Part shown: positions 9,884 to 20,223 of the stretch, in pieces
Layout of the letters: every line of letters begins with the position of its first letter
How positions within the stretch are numbered: position 1 is the first letter of the stretch
Origin: Candidatus Latescibacterota bacterium
Lineage (GTDB): Bacteria; Latescibacterota; UBA2968; UBA8231
Assembly (NCBI GenBank): GCA_965223905.1
Contig: CBDCXV010000011.1
Location: forward strand, 1,664,001-1,728,000
Direction of reading: 5' to 3'
Length of the DNA stretch: 64,000 nt
The notes under the pieces: model-generated
What the model was told of the DNA's origin: nothing
The model's database searches: none
What the model saw: only the letters and a program-made list of their open reading frames with translations
Position numbers and translations under genes: made by a program

Positions 9884-12042
9884 TTGGGGCGGATCCGGAA
9901 CAGATGGGTTGCGAAGGGTGGGTAGTGAACGGAGAAGGAACGGTTCGAGGCCGGGGGAGAGGGATGGTCCATCGTTCCGCGCTCCCCCTTCATGAAATTG
10001 TCGGGACGGCTCTCGAACAGCAGTTCGACCGAGTCGAGTTCAGCCGGAAAGGTCCAGGTGGCGTTCAGCGCCGCCTCGTCGATGTTCACCGTCAGCAGCA
10101 CGTATCCGCCGCCGGGATGCGGCTTGAGCATGGCGCGGATGTCGGCCTCGGTGATCTGGCGCCCCGGTGTGTCGATCGTCAGGGAGTACTCGAGCTCGGG
10201 ACCGACCGTGGGCGCCAGGAGGACGGGTATCAGCTCGTGCAGCTCGGAATTGATCTGCGCCGCCGCGGCCCACAGCGATCTCGACTGGAGCACCTGGGTC
10301 GCCGAGGCGATCGATGACCGCTCGTTCCTCTCCGCGTGTTCGGGATCCCCTGCCGGGGCCGGGCTTATGCCGATCACCTGTCCCCCGCGGGACTGCCAGC
10401 CGTCCCAGGCGAAGAAGATGATTCCGGTGGCGCCGTGAATCAGGGCCGCGTACACGGCAGCCCTCAGTTCCATCTCCGTAGGAAAGCGGAAATAGGAGTC
10501 CGCGGCGCCCAGCGGCTGCTCGAAGGCGGGGGCGATGTACCATACCGGCTTTTTCTGCTCTACCGCCGTGGCCGCAGCCCACACCGTTCGCGGCACTCCG
10601 ACCGAGGGTGAGGACAATTCGCTGATCCTGGCCTTTGCGTTTTTGAACGGGTAGTTGTCGAGACTGGCGATGTCGCTCCGGCGGATCCACTCGCCCCAGC
10701 CGTTCTGCGGCGCGTCGGGCACCGGTGACATGTTGAGAAACACCGGCAGGTCGGGGAACAGCTTTTTCACCGCGGCCTCGTTCTTCTCCCATGTCCGCCG
10801 CCATCCGTTCTGGATTTCGTCGAGAGGATCGTTGTGCGTCTTTCCCGAGCCGGTGGTGAAGACGAAGGGCTCGTCGATGGCGTAGTTCGCCAGGATTCTC
10901 TCGCGCCGAAAGCCCTTCAGCGCCGCCCGCTTCTCCCAGAATTCGTCGTCGCCATACCCCTGCCAGAGGAGCTGCAGATCGTACTCCTCGATCTTCTGCA
11001 CGGCCTTGTCGTCCGGCATGTGGGGTGCCTGGATGCAGTTGTACCCCGCTGTTTTCAAGCTGTCGAAGTCCGCTTCGCAGGCCCCGCTGTATATGCCGAT
11101 CGGGAAGAACGACCTAGCTGGATCGTACTCCATCAACAACCGGCCCTGGGCATCGGTGTGCGGCACACCGTCTCGATACAGTGTCTGTACCCCGGCCGGC
11201 CGCGGCTGCCGCCTCCACTCGGGTACCGGTCCTTCCGCCGGGGCGGGAACGTGACCCCACTGGACGATGGACCCGTCGCCGCGCAGCGCCAGGCTGTGCC
11301 ATCCACCGCCGGCGACGGCGACGAAATCGCTGCCTCCGGGGACATCGCATTGGCCGTACCGGTTGAATCCCCAGGCGCACACCGACCCGTCTTCGCGCAG
11401 GCCGAGGCAGTGATGCCTCCCCGCGGCGACGGCGGTGAACCCCCCGTCCCCTGGTTGTTCGACGATTTCTTCTTTCGGCCGGAACTCTCCCCACACGGCT
11501 GCGGTTCCGTCTCCCCTCAAGCCGACGAAGTGATACATGCCGCCGTCGATGGCGACGAACTCGCCGCCGGGGACATCGCAGGCGCCGCCGTCGGCGAACC
11601 CCCACGCGGCGACGGATCGGTCCCGCCGCAGACCGGCAGCGTTGCGTGTGGTCGCGGCCAGCGCGGTGAAATCGGCATCCCCGGGAAGATCGAGCTGGCC
11701 GTGGCTGTTGCGGCCCCACCCCAGTATGGAGCCGTCACCGCGGGCGGCGAGGCTGAACTCCTGGTTTGCGGCGACGGCGGCGAACTCATCCCCTTCGGGA
11801 GCCTCGCTCTCGCCGCACTCGTTCCTGCCCCAGGCCGCGAGCGTGCCGTCCCGCCTGACCGCCACGCTGTGAAAGTGCCCCGCGGCCATGGCGGTGAACT
11901 CGCCGTCCGGCGGACTTGCCTGGCTGTCGTCATTCCACCCCCATCCCGCCATCGATCCCTCGGCGCGCAGGGCCAGGCTGTGGTAGCCGCCGCCTGCGAT
12001 CAGTTTGAACTCGTAGCCCTCCGGGGCAGCTGCTGTGGCCAT
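9880..12042 (-). CDS. RCC1-repeat propeller + glycoside-hydrolase-like TIM barrel protein (no signal peptide)
   Basis: Seven repeats of AGxxHSLALRxDGSxxxWG. C-terminal part has FFPIGIY, IDEP, LDNYPF, KKPVWY and HGATGIIFFAW. Confidence 0.85.
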   Translation of the reverse strand: MATAAAPEGYEFKLIAGGGYHSLALRAEGSMAGWGWNDDSQASPPDGEFTAMAAGHFHSVAVRRDGTLAAWGRNECGESEAPEGDEFAAVAANQEFSLAARGDGSILGWGRNSHGQLDLPGDADFTALAATTRNAAGLRRDRSVAAWGFADGGACDVPGGEFVAIDGGMYHFVGLRGDGTAAVWGEFRPKEEIVEQPGDGGFTAVAAGRHHCLGLREDGSVCAWGFNRYGQCDVPGGSDFVAVAGGGWHSLALRGDGSIVQWGHVPAPAEGPVPEWRRQPRPAGVQTLYRDGVPHTDAQGRLLMEYDPARSFFPIGIYSGACEADFDSLKTAGYNCIQAPHMPDDKAVQKIEEYDLQLLWQGYGDDEFWEKRAALKGFRRERILANYAIDEPFVFTTGSGKTHNDPLDEIQNGWRRTWEKNEAAVKKLFPDLPVFLNMSPVPDAPQNGWGEWIRRSDIASLDNYPFKNAKARISELSSPSVGVPRTVWAAATAVEQKKPVWYIAPAFEQPLGAADSYFRFPTEMELRAAVYAALIHGATGIIFFAWDGWQSRGGQVIGISPAPAGDPEHAERNERSSIASATQVLQSRSLWAAAAQINSELHELIPVLLAPTVGPELEYSLTIDTPGRQITEADIRAMLKPHPGGGYVLLTVNIDEAALNATWTFPAELDSVELLFESRPDNFMKGERGTMDHPSPPASNRSFSVHYPPFATHLFRIRPK

Positions 12043-12067
12043 CTTCTAGCTTTCGTCTGTAGAGGGA

Positions 12068-12107
12068 CTCACCCGGGCGGAAACCCGGCGGATCTCGCCC
12101 AGGTGAG
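12068..12107 (-). other. Intergenic stem-loop
   Basis: 12-bp arms at 12068-12079 and 12096-12107. The single mismatch becomes a G-U pair on the minus-strand RNA. No U-tract. Confidence 0.4.
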
Positions 12108-12142
12108 GGGGAGGAAAGGTCCGCGGTCTGACTGCTGCCATG

Positions 12143-13234
12143 TCACAGGTGCCGATTCTTCTCGAATTCCCTGTCGCGCAGGTAGAGATAGATCAGAGCC
12201 ATGGCATCTTGATCCCGCCCGCTGGTGTTGTCGTAATTGCTGACCAGGGCGTATTCGTGATCTGCATACACCGGTATCCCGGTCGGACTCGAAAAAAAAC
12301 CGGTCTTCTTCAAGCCGATCCTGTCGTCGAAGTTCTCGATTTCGCTCTCGAACAGAACTTCGTCGTTTGTCAGATCCTTCAGAATCATGGACTTGGCAAA
12401 TGGATGCATGTGTACGGCTATGAAATGGATGGTTGTGTCGAACTGGAGATCCAGCATTTCGGTGATCAGGGTGCTTCTGGTTTCCTCGCCGGGTTCGAGT
12501 ACCCAGTGATAGGTGAAGTTCTGGCCGTGCTCATCCCGGCGCACCATCTTCATCTGGTCCGATGAATCGATCCCCGGCAAGCAGGCCGCTTCTTCCTGTA
12601 CCGCGTCCGCCTCCATCGTACCGAAGTACGCTTTCGTCCCCTCAAGCGAAGCGTAGACCGCAGCCTCCGACTGGTACAGAGGAATCAGCTCTTCGGTCGT
12701 ATCGCTGTCTTCGATGTAGGAAATCACATTCTTGTAGCGGAGTTTCAGCGGACTGTGAATGCCGACGGTATCCACGTTCATGTTCAATACCTGATTGTCC
12801 AGCCTGAACTTTTCGTTTCCCATCACCGGAATACCGAAACCCTGCGCAAACTCCACTTCAACCTGACCCTGCGAAATCGTGAACAGCCTGCCGTATTTGT
12901 GCCTCGTGGATCTCAACGTTTTCGCCCCGCTGGTCGACGCGTCGTACTTGAAATTCGAGTGACACATGAACTCCTGGGACAGCTGTTTCCGGCCATCCGG
13001 GCTCACGACGACAGAGCGAAAACCGGTGATCCAGAACAGGTTTGCCTCATTCGAGAAGGGGACCGCCCAGCCCGACATCACAGGGCCCATCATCGATTTG
13101 TATATCCCGTCGACCGTAAACAGGCGCGACATGATCGTCTTTTCAGAAATCTCAGCCGGCTGCGTGTGCTTGCCGGTACATGCCGCACTTGCAAGCGATG
13201 CCGCAATCGAAAAGAGAACCATCCGCGATTTCAT
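12143..13234 (-). CDS. Lipoprotein resembling copper type II (PHM/DBH-like) monooxygenase
   Basis: Start reassigned to ATG 13234 (MKSRMV). Lipobox SAAC; FMCHSN, IHFIAVHMHPFA (HxH) and YDNTSG...DAMAL (Met). Confidence 0.65.
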   Translation of the reverse strand: MKSRMVLFSIAASLASAACTGKHTQPAEISEKTIMSRLFTVDGIYKSMMGPVMSGWAVPFSNEANLFWITGFRSVVVSPDGRKQLSQEFMCHSNFKYDASTSGAKTLRSTRHKYGRLFTISQGQVEVEFAQGFGIPVMGNEKFRLDNQVLNMNVDTVGIHSPLKLRYKNVISYIEDSDTTEELIPLYQSEAAVYASLEGTKAYFGTMEADAVQEEAACLPGIDSSDQMKMVRRDEHGQNFTYHWVLEPGEETRSTLITEMLDLQFDTTIHFIAVHMHPFAKSMILKDLTNDEVLFESEIENFDDRIGLKKTGFFSSPTGIPVYADHEYALVSNYDNTSGRDQDAMALIYLYLRDREFEKNRHL

Positions 13235-13625
13235 CCGATCCCCCGGGGTTATGGCGGGTGCTCCCCGGTACAATCCTTGCCGATGACGGAACCGGGAAGC
13301 ACCGGCATGTACGGTAAAGTCGCTTTGAAGGCGGTGCCGGGCAATCAGTACCGAGGAGCTTTTTGCTGTCCAGGCCAATGAATTCCCGAACAAGCCGCCG
13401 AGGAGGCTTCGACCTGTTCCTCGTCCCGGTCAACGCAGCCGAGTCGCCGAACGCGGTCTCCGATGCCGGCCATGCCCAACCGCGTCCGCAGCGAAAGCGT
13501 TACGTCGATTTCGACCACGGGCGCGATTTCCTGCCGGGCCTACCTCGAAGATGCGACCGACGATCTTGCTGCAGCCCCTCCGATAGCGGCGAAGAGGAAG
13601 CCCGGTTGCTGCCGCCGACCCTGAG

Positions 13626-15338
13626 ATGATTCGAAGCCGAAGCTCCCTCGGATTCAGCGGAGCCGCGCTCTGCATTGCGTGTGGAGTCGATGACGGACCC
13701 GACGCGGCCCGGGATTCGGTGACCTTCAACAAGGATATCGCACCCGTCGTCTTCCAGCACTGCGCCCCCTGCCACCGGCCAGGGGAATCGGCGCCGTTCA
13801 GCCTGCTCACCTACAGCGATGTCAGGAAACGGGCACGCCTCATTGCCGAGGTGACCGGAAAACGCTACATGCCGCCGTGGAAGCCGGAGCACGGATACGG
13901 TGATTTTGTGGGGGTGCGCCGATTGAGCGAGGCCCAGATCGGGCAGATTCGGCGCTGGGCGGAGGAAGGGGCGCCGGAAGGGGAGCCTGAGGAGCTGCCG
14001 GAGCCTCCGGAGTGGGCGGAGGGCTGGCAGTTGGGCGTACCTGATCTCGTGGTGGAGATGCCGCAGACCTACACCCTGCAAGCAGGCGGAAGCGATCTGT
14101 TTCGCAACTTCGTGATCCCCCTGCCGCTGACCGAGCCGCGGCACGTCGTCGCCGTTGAGCTGCGGCCGGGCAATCCCCGCATCGTCCACCATGCCGTCAT
14201 CATGTTCGATCGAACCGGCGTCGCCAGAAAACGGGATGCCCTTGACCCCGGACCGGGTTTCGAGGGCATGGATTTCGGCCACGCCCTCAAGCCTGACGGG
14301 CACTTTCTCGGCTGGGCTCCCGGTACCATGCCGTTTGCCGTGCCGGACAGCCTGGCCTGGACGGCTCATCCCGGGACCGACCTCGTGCTGTTGCTGCACC
14401 TGCTTCCCAGCGGCAAGCCGGAGCCTGTAAGGGCGAAGGCGGGCTTTTTTTTCAGCGAGGAACCGCCGACCCGCACTCCCGTCCTGCTGCGGATGAGCCG
14501 CAGGGACATCGACATCCCCGCGGGTTCTCCGGACTTCGAAATCGAGGATACCTATCTGCTGCCCGTCGACGTCCACGTCCTGAGCCTGTTTCCTCACGCC
14601 CACTACCTCGCCAGGACCGTCGAGGCCTTTGCCCTGCTGCCGGGAGGGGACAGGAGGTGGCTCATCCGCATCGAAGACTGGGACTTCAACTGGCAGGACT
14701 ACTACCGGTATGTCAGACCGGTCTTCCTGCCCAGGGGAGCGAGGGTGGTCATGCGTTACAGGTACGACAACTCCGGCTCCAATGTGCGCAATCTCAACGA
14801 CCCGCCGCGGCGCGTTCTGTTCGGGGTCCGGTCGAGCGACGAAATGGCCGACCTCGTCCTGCAGGTGCTGCCCCTCGACGAGGCCGATCACGGCACCTTG
14901 AAGAGGGACTTCTCGCGCAAGTGGCTGGAGCAGGAAATCGCCGGCTACGAAACCCTGCTGGGAGTCGATCCCGGAAACGCCGGCCATCGGCTCGGTCTGG
15001 GGTCGCTTTACCTGGCCGCAGGCGACGCGAACAGGGCCCTGGGGCAGTTCGAGAAGGCGCTCAGCCTCGAGCCTGCCTACGCCGAGACTCACGTCAACAT
15101 GGCGGTCGCCCTGGCGACGCGACAGCAGTACGCGCCGGCGCAGAAGCACCTGCGGCGGGCCCTCGAGCTGCGGCCGGACCATGCCGAGGCTCACTACAAT
15201 CTCGCCATCGTCCTCGGACAGGTCGGAGAGCTCGACAGCGCTCTCCGCCACTTCGAGTCGGCTGCCCGCCTGCGCCCGGAGCGGGAAGCGGAGATCCGCG
15301 AGATCGCCGCCGGCCTCGCCGGCAGACTCGGTCCCTGA
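13626..15338 (+). CDS. Cytochrome c + copper type II monooxygenase-like + TPR lipoprotein
   Basis: VTFNKDIAP...CAPCH heme motif, MPPW, IVHHA, FPHAHY, WDFNWQ, YDNS and SDEM; C-terminal TPRs. Confidence 0.85.
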   Translation: MIRSRSSLGFSGAALCIACGVDDGPDAARDSVTFNKDIAPVVFQHCAPCHRPGESAPFSLLTYSDVRKRARLIAEVTGKRYMPPWKPEHGYGDFVGVRRLSEAQIGQIRRWAEEGAPEGEPEELPEPPEWAEGWQLGVPDLVVEMPQTYTLQAGGSDLFRNFVIPLPLTEPRHVVAVELRPGNPRIVHHAVIMFDRTGVARKRDALDPGPGFEGMDFGHALKPDGHFLGWAPGTMPFAVPDSLAWTAHPGTDLVLLLHLLPSGKPEPVRAKAGFFFSEEPPTRTPVLLRMSRRDIDIPAGSPDFEIEDTYLLPVDVHVLSLFPHAHYLARTVEAFALLPGGDRRWLIRIEDWDFNWQDYYRYVRPVFLPRGARVVMRYRYDNSGSNVRNLNDPPRRVLFGVRSSDEMADLVLQVLPLDEADHGTLKRDFSRKWLEQEIAGYETLLGVDPGNAGHRLGLGSLYLAAGDANRALGQFEKALSLEPAYAETHVNMAVALATRQQYAPAQKHLRRALELRPDHAEAHYNLAIVLGQVGELDSALRHFESAARLRPEREAEIREIAAGLAGRLGP

Positions 15339-15538
15339 GGTCCGCGGGGCGACATTCCTGGACGAAGAGCGTCCCCTTGAACATCTACCAAGCCGATCGG
15401 CGTCGACGAGCTTCCACATATTGGAGATCCTCGCCGTTTTGTGGAGATTGTCGCAACGCGTCACGTACCGACCAGCGGAAACCCCCGTAAGGAACGCGAT
15501 CAGTTGGATCCCCTGACCCGGCCCCTGGAGACGACATC

Positions 15539-17764
15539 ATGCGATTGCCGCTGCTGCTCCTCGCACTCATCCCCATGAGCGGGGCTGCCTTGCAGTCCCC
15601 GTCGACACGCCCCTCCGAAGCGCCGGCGGGGAAGGGATTCGCCGCCATCGCCGCCGGCGCCTATCACAGCCTCGCCCTGCGCGGCGATGGCTCCCTGGTG
15701 GCCTGGGGCTGGAACGACTACGGCCAGACCGACGTGCCCGAAGGGGACGACTTCGTCGCCATCGCCGCCGGCCACTTTCACAGCCTCGCCTTGCGGAAGA
15801 ACGGCTCGGTCGCGATGTGGGGGGTGAATCCGATCGGCCAGTTCCTCGATCCCGACGCGCGCCTGCAGGAACCCGCGGGCGGCGATTTCATCGGCGTCGC
15901 CGCCTCCAACTCGAACCGCTACGAGTACCACAGCCTCGCCCTGCGCGCGGACGGAACGGTCGCTGCCTGGGGCATGAACCGCTACGGGCAGATCGACGTG
16001 CCTCCAGGTGCCGCGGATGCGATCGCCGTCTCCGCGGGAGGCCGGCACAGCGTCGTGCTGAGACGGGACGGATCCCTGTTTTCCTGGGGATGGGACAGCG
16101 CCGTCGAGGGCACACCTGCCGGAGAGGATTTCGTCGCCCTCTCCTCCGGCGCCTACCACACCCTTGCTCTCCGGAAGGACGGCTCGATCGCCGCCTGGGG
16201 CGGCGACGAGCACGGACAGATCGAGGTTCCCGATTGCGGAGAGGCCGCGGCCGTAGCGGCCGGCAAGTACCACAGCCTCGCCCTCCGCTCCGACGGCAGC
16301 GTCGCCTGCTGGGGCCACAGCCAGTGGGGTCAGTGCGAGCCCCCGCCTGTCGACGACCTGGTCGCCATCGACGCCGGGGGGTGGCACAACCTCGGCCTGC
16401 GCCGGGACGGCTCCATCGTCCAGTGGGGCCGGGTGCCGCCGCAATGGACGTTCCGGGAGGTTCCCCGGTGGCGGCAGCCGCCGCCCCAGACCGCGGTCCA
16501 GACCGTGTATCGCAACGGCGTGCCCCACACGGACAGGCAGGGCCGCGTCATGACCGAGTACGACCCCGACAGATCCTTTCTTCCCATCGGCATCTACGGC
16601 GTCGGCCTCGATTCCGACTTCGCCAGCCTGAAGGCCGCCCATTTCAACACCATAACCCACATCTGGATCTCGCCGAAGGACCTGTACCCGCTGGCGCGCG
16701 AGCACGACCTCCAGGTCCTCATCACCGGACGCGGGAAGGGGGACCACTGGGTCAGCCACGGCGAATTCGTCGACCGGTCACACGTGCTCGCCCAGTACAC
16801 CATCGACGAGCCTTACGTCTTCACCGGCGGCTCCGGACGCACCAGCGACGATCCGGTGGACGAGATCCAGCGAGGCTGGCGCGACGTCTACGACAGCAAC
16901 AAGGAGGCGCTCCACCGCGTCTTTCCCGGCATGCCCACCTACGTCAACATGTCTCCTGAGATCGACGCGCCCCGGTACGGCTGGGGCGACTGGCTCCGCC
17001 GCAGCGACATCGTCTGCCTGGACAACTATCCCTTCAAGCACCGGGGTGTGCGCGTCAGCGAGCTCTCGTCGGATACCATCGGCATCCCGCGCATGGTCTG
17101 GGCCGCGGCCACGGCCACCGACGAGGCCAAGCCGGTATGGATGATCCTTCCCGGCTTCGAGCAGGCCAATCAGGACGCTCCCTGGTATTTCCGCTTTCCC
17201 GCCCCGGAGGAACTGCGCGCCGCGGCCTGGGCTTCAGTCATTCACGGGGCCACCGGCATCATCTACTGGACCTGGGACCACCGGGCCTGGCGGGCTACGC
17301 GGATAATCGGCATGCACGCCGACCCCCAGGCGCACCCCGACGTGCCGGGCTCGGCCTCCCCTCTCAAGCGCCTGCAGTCGAAGGCGGTCTGGGAAACGGC
17401 TGCCCAGTTCAATGCCGAGCTCGCCGAGCTGAAGCCCGTCATCCTGTCCCCGACGGTCGGGCCCGAGATCGACTACTCGGTGCGCATAACCAAGGGGTCG
17501 ATGCGCACCCCGGCCGACATCCGCGCCCTGCTCAAGCCTCATCCGGATGGCGGTTTCGTGCTGCTCACCGTCAACATCGACGAGGCGGTTCTCAACGCCG
17601 AGTGGACCTTTCCCCGGGAGCTGGCGAGCGTTCACGCGATGTTCGAGAACGGCCGGGAGAACCTGTTGCCCGATGGGGAGGGGGGTGAGGGTGCCAACAC
17701 CTTCTCCGTTCACTACCAGCCGTACGCCGCCCATATCTTTCGCGTCGTCATCAAGGATGGCTGA
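15539..17764 (+). CDS. Secreted RCC1-repeat + glycoside-hydrolase-like protein (paralog of 9880..12042)
   Basis: Signal peptide MRLPLLLLALIPMSGAA; RCC1 repeats. Shares VPHTDxQGR, IDEP, DEIQxGWR, LDNYPFK and LLTVNIDEA with 9880..12042. Confidence 0.85.
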   Translation: MRLPLLLLALIPMSGAALQSPSTRPSEAPAGKGFAAIAAGAYHSLALRGDGSLVAWGWNDYGQTDVPEGDDFVAIAAGHFHSLALRKNGSVAMWGVNPIGQFLDPDARLQEPAGGDFIGVAASNSNRYEYHSLALRADGTVAAWGMNRYGQIDVPPGAADAIAVSAGGRHSVVLRRDGSLFSWGWDSAVEGTPAGEDFVALSSGAYHTLALRKDGSIAAWGGDEHGQIEVPDCGEAAAVAAGKYHSLALRSDGSVACWGHSQWGQCEPPPVDDLVAIDAGGWHNLGLRRDGSIVQWGRVPPQWTFREVPRWRQPPPQTAVQTVYRNGVPHTDRQGRVMTEYDPDRSFLPIGIYGVGLDSDFASLKAAHFNTITHIWISPKDLYPLAREHDLQVLITGRGKGDHWVSHGEFVDRSHVLAQYTIDEPYVFTGGSGRTSDDPVDEIQRGWRDVYDSNKEALHRVFPGMPTYVNMSPEIDAPRYGWGDWLRRSDIVCLDNYPFKHRGVRVSELSSDTIGIPRMVWAAATATDEAKPVWMILPGFEQANQDAPWYFRFPAPEELRAAAWASVIHGATGIIYWTWDHRAWRATRIIGMHADPQAHPDVPGSASPLKRLQSKAVWETAAQFNAELAELKPVILSPTVGPEIDYSVRITKGSMRTPADIRALLKPHPDGGFVLLTVNIDEAVLNAEWTFPRELASVHAMFENGRENLLPDGEGGEGANTFSVHYQPYAAHIFRVVIKDG

Positions 17765-18614
17765 GTCTCGTCATACGAACTGGGGACGTTGGGGTGAGGG
17801 CGACGAGCGCGGAGCCCTGAATCTCCTCACGCCGGAGATCGTGAAGCGGGCAGCCGGCCTCGTGCGGGAAGGAAGGGTCTACAGCCTCGGAACCGCGGTT
17901 GGCGGGGATGCGGCCGCGGGACCGGGCAGGCCCAGACCCGCGCTCGAGGTCAGCCATCACAACGACGCCTCGCCCGGGAGAAGCGGGGGCGCCGAAGAGG
18001 TGCTCACCATGAACCTCCACACCTCGAGTCACATCGACGCCTTTTCCCATTCCTGGTACGACGGCAGGCTCTACAACGGCCATCCGTGCGACGTCGTTTC
18101 GGCCGAAGGTGCCTCCAGGTGCGGTATCGGGGAGGTGGGCGCCGTCGCGGGCCGCGGAATCCTTCTTGACATGCCCCCTCTCTTCGAGACCGACTGCCTC
18201 GATGACGGCTGCGCCATTTCACCGGGAGACCTCGACGCGGCGGTACGCCGGCAGGGGGTCGAAATACGTGCAGGCGACATCCTCCTGGTGCGAACCGGCT
18301 GGCAGGGACGCTTTCGCCGCGAAGGCGACAGCGTCCGCGACAGCTTTCCCGGCCTCGCGGCGACCTGCTGGCAATGGTTGGCCCAAAGGGACGTCTCCGT
18401 GCTCGGAGCCGACAACGGCGCCGTGGAAGTGTGGCCGCCGGAGGGGAAGCCGCTCCACCACTACCTGCTTCGCGATTTCGGGATACATCTCCTGGAGTAC
18501 CTCGACCTCGAGGAACTGTCGGCCGATCGCGTGCACGAATTCTTCTTCGTGGCGGCTCCACTCCGCATCCGGGGCGCCACGGCAAGCCCGGTGAACCCCC
18601 TGGCCATCATCTGA
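17757..18614 (+). CDS. Cyclase / kynurenine formamidase-like metal-dependent hydrolase
   Basis: ATG 17757 (MAESRHTNWGRWG). HTSSHIDAFSH, GRGILLD, GDILLVRTGW, GADN and SPVNPLAI. Confidence 0.92.
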   Translation: MAESRHTNWGRWGEGDERGALNLLTPEIVKRAAGLVREGRVYSLGTAVGGDAAAGPGRPRPALEVSHHNDASPGRSGGAEEVLTMNLHTSSHIDAFSHSWYDGRLYNGHPCDVVSAEGASRCGIGEVGAVAGRGILLDMPPLFETDCLDDGCAISPGDLDAAVRRQGVEIRAGDILLVRTGWQGRFRREGDSVRDSFPGLAATCWQWLAQRDVSVLGADNGAVEVWPPEGKPLHHYLLRDFGIHLLEYLDLEELSADRVHEFFFVAAPLRIRGATASPVNPLAII

Positions 18615-18666
18615 CCGGCTGCACTCCGACCGTCATTCCCATGCTCAAGGACAACGTCATCACGAG

Positions 18667-20223
18667 ATGATGCGAGTGTCTCGGGCACGGCATCTTCTCG
18701 AACAGATTTTCGGCCTCGACCTCAGATCGCTGGCCCTGCTGCGCATCGGCCTCGGCCTCCTCCTGCTCCTCGATATCGCCGATCGCCTGCCGGGAGTGGC
18801 CGCTCACTACAGCGACGGGGGGGTGCTGCCGCGGGACGCTCTCAGGGAACTCGAGCAGGGGTGGATCCCTTCACTGCATTCGCTCAGCGGCGAGGCCGCC
18901 TTTCAGGCGGCGTTGATGGCGGCAGCTGCCGTCTTCGCCCTTTCGCTCGCACTCGGCTTCGGCACCCGGTTGTCCGCCGTCGCCTCCTGGATCCTTCTCA
19001 TTTCCATCCACACCCGCAACCCGATGCTCCTTCACGGCGGCGATGTCGTTCTGAGACTGGTACTGTTCTGGTCGCTCTTTCTGCCGCTTGGAGCCCGCTA
19101 CTCCGTCGATGCGGCACTGGACACCGGCGCGGGTGGAAAACGGCCTGCCCGGATCGTATCTGCGGGATCGGTGGCCCTGCTGATGCAGATCGCCTTCATC
19201 TACCTGTTCTCGGCGGCGCTGAAATCTCCCGACCACTGGTGGCACCGCGCCGATGCGGTGTACTACGCGCTGAGCATCGATTGGCTGGCCAAGCCGCTCG
19301 GCCAGCGGCTTCTCGCCTACCCGGAGCTCCTGCGGGTGATGACGAGGGCGACCTACCTTCTCGAGTGGGTTCTCCCCCTCTTCCTGCTCGTGCCGTTTTT
19401 CGTCAGCCGCGTCAGGGCCGCCCTCATCGCCTGCTTCGTCGGCTTCCATGTCGGACTGGGGCTGACCATGGAACTCGGTCTGTTCCCCGCCATATGCTCG
19501 GTGGCCTGGCTGGCGGTCATCCCGACGGCCGGATGGGACTTCCTGCAGCGCGAGGTGGAAACGCGGGCGGTAAAGGCGGTCCGGCTCTACAGACGCCTCT
19601 CCTCGAAGCTCGCGGGCGGGGCGCTCTTCTCCGGTCCCCTACGCTTCGGGCGGAGTCCGGTCCGGACGGGGCTCATCTCGCAGCTTTTTGCGGCTCTCGT
19701 CCTCGTATACGTAACCGCCTGGAACGTCAGGACCCTCGACCACGCGCGATACGCCCGTTACTTCCCCGCGGAGATCGACTATTTCGGGTTTCTCCTGCGG
19801 GTCGATCAGGTCTGGAACATGTTCGCGCCCTCCCCGACCAGGGAGGACGGGTGGTTCGTCATTCCCGCAAAACTCGCCGACGGCTCCCAGGTGGATCTGT
19901 TCCGCGCCGAGACCGGCCGGCCGCAAGTGCCGGCGCGGCTATTCCATTCCAAGCCCACCTCGGTAGCCGCGTCCTTTCCCGGCATCAGGTGGCGCAAGTA
20001 CATGATGAACCTGTGGCTGAAACGAAATGCCCCTCACCGGCTCCACTACGGCCGCTATCTCTGCCGCAGGTGGAATTCGCAGCATCGCGGACCGCAGCGG
20101 CTGCGCACCTTCGAGATCGTCTTCATGAAGGAGGTCACTCTTCCCGACAACCGGACGCCGGCGGCGGAGAGAATCTCACTCTGGAAGCACGACTGTTTCG
20201 AGGCGGGGGACGGGCGCCCTTGA
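18667..20223 (+). CDS. HTTM-domain membrane protein (vitamin K-dependent gamma-carboxylase-like superfamily)
   Basis: DLRSLALLRIGLG, HYSDGGVLPR, RNPMLLHGGD, LPLGARYSVDA, YLFSAALK, DQVWNMFAP, RWRKY and YLCRRWN. Confidence 0.88.
   Translation: MMRVSRARHLLEQIFGLDLRSLALLRIGLGLLLLLDIADRLPGVAAHYSDGGVLPRDALRELEQGWIPSLHSLSGEAAFQAALMAAAAVFALSLALGFGTRLSAVASWILLISIHTRNPMLLHGGDVVLRLVLFWSLFLPLGARYSVDAALDTGAGGKRPARIVSAGSVALLMQIAFIYLFSAALKSPDHWWHRADAVYYALSIDWLAKPLGQRLLAYPELLRVMTRATYLLEWVLPLFLLVPFFVSRVRAALIACFVGFHVGLGLTMELGLFPAICSVAWLAVIPTAGWDFLQREVETRAVKAVRLYRRLSSKLAGGALFSGPLRFGRSPVRTGLISQLFAALVLVYVTAWNVRTLDHARYARYFPAEIDYFGFLLRVDQVWNMFAPSPTREDGWFVIPAKLADGSQVDLFRAETGRPQVPARLFHSKPTSVAASFPGIRWRKYMMNLWLKRNAPHRLHYGRYLCRRWNSQHRGPQRLRTFEIVFMKEVTLPDNRTPAAERISLWKHDCFEAGDGRP

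Noticed and set aside
13500-15464. 654-aa minus-strand ORF
   Set aside because: Shadow of the cytochrome c/monooxygenase gene.
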